A DNA stretch of 63,929 bases, counting the filler. It is 9 parts of 9 records of this genome, joined end to end, with 100 filler letters (N's around TTAATTAATTAA, not from the genome) between each part and the next. Parts side by side here need not be neighbours in the genome. Positions count along the whole stretch, not along the records: positions 58,784 to 63,929 come from SRR31156797_33379; 8 more parts are not named here. The stretch is one strand, 5' to 3'. Made by a program: the position numbers and the translations under genes. Below are positions 63,115-63,929 of this stretch, piece by piece. A model generated the notes under the pieces. It worked only from the letters and a program-made list of their open reading frames with translations, searched no databases and was not told where the DNA came from. Position 1 is the first letter of the stretch. Each line of letters opens with the position of its first letter.

Positions 63115-63204
63115 ACAATTTGAGATTCAAAGAGTTATCTTCTTGCAGTTTGACTAACTGCTAAAGTAACGTTGTAAAGGTGGGGTTTTACCTCACCTTT
63201 TTTT
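63115..63204 (+). ncRNA. Predicted ~90-nt small RNA or attenuated leader; candidate antitoxin RNA
   Basis: Bounded by the consensus promoter and an intrinsic terminator; 63117-63129 is the exact reverse complement of 63263-63275. Confidence 0.65.
63176..63204 (+). terminator. Intrinsic terminator of the small RNA
   Basis: AAAGGTGGGG-TTTTA-CCTCACC then T7. Confidence 0.8.
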
Positions 63205-63261
63205 ATGCGGGTAGTGTAGCAGTTATTTAAGGGTGGGAGCGTTACTTGAAAGGAAGTAACA

Positions 63262-63324
63262 ATGAATCTCAAATTAGTAGTGTTAATTTTAATAGTCCTT
63301 ATTTTCGCAATAAGAGCTTATTAA
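63262..63324 (+). CDS. Ibs-like type I toxin peptide, 20 aa (missing from ORF track)
   Basis: MNLKLVVLILIVLIFAIRAY; AAAGGA RBS inside hairpin GTTACTT-GAAAGG-AAGTAAC; same pattern as Ibs peptides (basic residue, aliphatic core, terminal AY). Confidence 0.75.
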   Translation: MNLKLVVLILIVLIFAIRAY

Positions 63325-63400
63325 TAAAAGGGGGAATTAGTCACTCCCCTGACACTACTTTTCATTGAATTTTAAAAATACTTCTTATTGTTTAAAATAT

Positions 63401-63419
63401 AGGGGGCAAACCCCTTTTT
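63401..63419. terminator. Short terminator between the toxin and the convergent YgiT gene
   Basis: AGGGGGCAAACCCCTTTTT. Confidence 0.6.
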
Positions 63420-63463
63420 ACATTTTTAAAAATTATCTAACTAAAATTGGAAACTCTTTTCTC

Positions 63464-63694
63464 TTAATCTGCTACTTGATACTTTCTAATATCAACTTCA
63501 ACACCATTTTTAGCAATATCCCTAGCACTTTCTAATAAATTTCGTGTGATTTTCTCATCAATATACTTTTCACCACAATTTTCACATATTAAAGCAGGTA
63601 CATCTTTAAAGACAATTGTTGAAGATCCTTTTTCTAAAGTAACTGTTGTGGTTCCTTGTTCTGTTTTTCCATGTTTACAAATCATACATTGCAT
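63464..63694 (-). CDS. YgiT-type zinc-finger protein (MqsA-like antitoxin family)
   Basis: MQCMICKHG...TTVTLE...VFKDVPALICENCGEKY; AAGGA RBS. Confidence 0.88.
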   Translation of the reverse strand: MQCMICKHGKTEQGTTTVTLEKGSSTIVFKDVPALICENCGEKYIDEKITRNLLESARDIAKNGVEVDIRKYQVAD

Positions 63695-63929
63695 TTTATA
63701 TCCTTGTCATGACTCCGATAAATAAAACTCACAATAAACTTTGTTATTTTTATATTTAGTTTATTATATCTTTTTTTGAACAATATTTGATAAAACTAAT
63801 TGTCAAGTTTTTTAATATAATTTGAAGCATACTATAAAATAGTTACTAAAATAAAATGTGACGTATTACTGTGACATTTTTTTGTATAATCTTTGTCATA
63901 AAAATTTTGAGAGAAAAAAGGGAGTAAAT

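Noticed and set aside
63115-63204. Leader as a known metabolite riboswitch, tRNA or SRP RNA
   Set aside because: No recognisable aptamer consensus or cloverleaf; complementarity to the downstream start region explains it better

Overview
This window is not one locus. It holds nine unrelated contig fragments joined by eight 100-nt artificial linkers (N44-TTAATTAATTAA-N44), so adjacency across a linker means nothing. Taxa below are inferred from gene content and composition. (A) 1-5633, GC-rich, spirochaete-like: OmpA/outer-membrane pair and an SsuABC-type ABC transporter with an FmdE-like gene. (B) 5734-11060, Desulfobacterota-like: broken nucleotidyltransferase, VapBC, two-component genes, pspF/pspABC. 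(C) 11161-21239, Bacteroidota: mazG, DUF3098-ECF sigma-anti-sigma facing a DUF2723 glycosyltransferase, phoH, purC, TlpA, IS5 remnant. (D) 21340-27073: a compact GASH / double-GTPase / GAP1 conflict operon whose GAP1 protein is fused to a CHAT caspase-like protease. (E) 27174-34239, Rhodospirillales-like: thermonuclease, CHASE2 adenylate cyclase, cydP-cydABX, glcD. (F) 34340-39354, spirochaete-like: ABC ATPase, PHP, zincin, YczE, Lhr fragment. (G) 39455-48231, Rhodospirillales-like chemotaxis and c-di-GMP genes. (H) 48332-58683, Desulfovibrionaceae: frdAB, fumarase, malic enzyme, DASS transporter, pta, por. (I) 58784-63929, Campylobacterota: M16 peptidase, mqnC, bamA and an unannotated small-RNA/small-peptide locus. 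Three leads stand out. (1) An Ibs-like 20-aa type I toxin (63262-63324) preceded on the same strand by a promoter- and terminator-bounded ~90-nt RNA whose 5' end is perfectly complementary to the toxin start region. (2) The double-GTPase system with a directly fused CHAT effector and an internal G10 tract. (3) A shared ECF-type promoter motif linking the sigma operon to the DUF2723 gene. All family calls come from motif recognition by eye; no searches were run.
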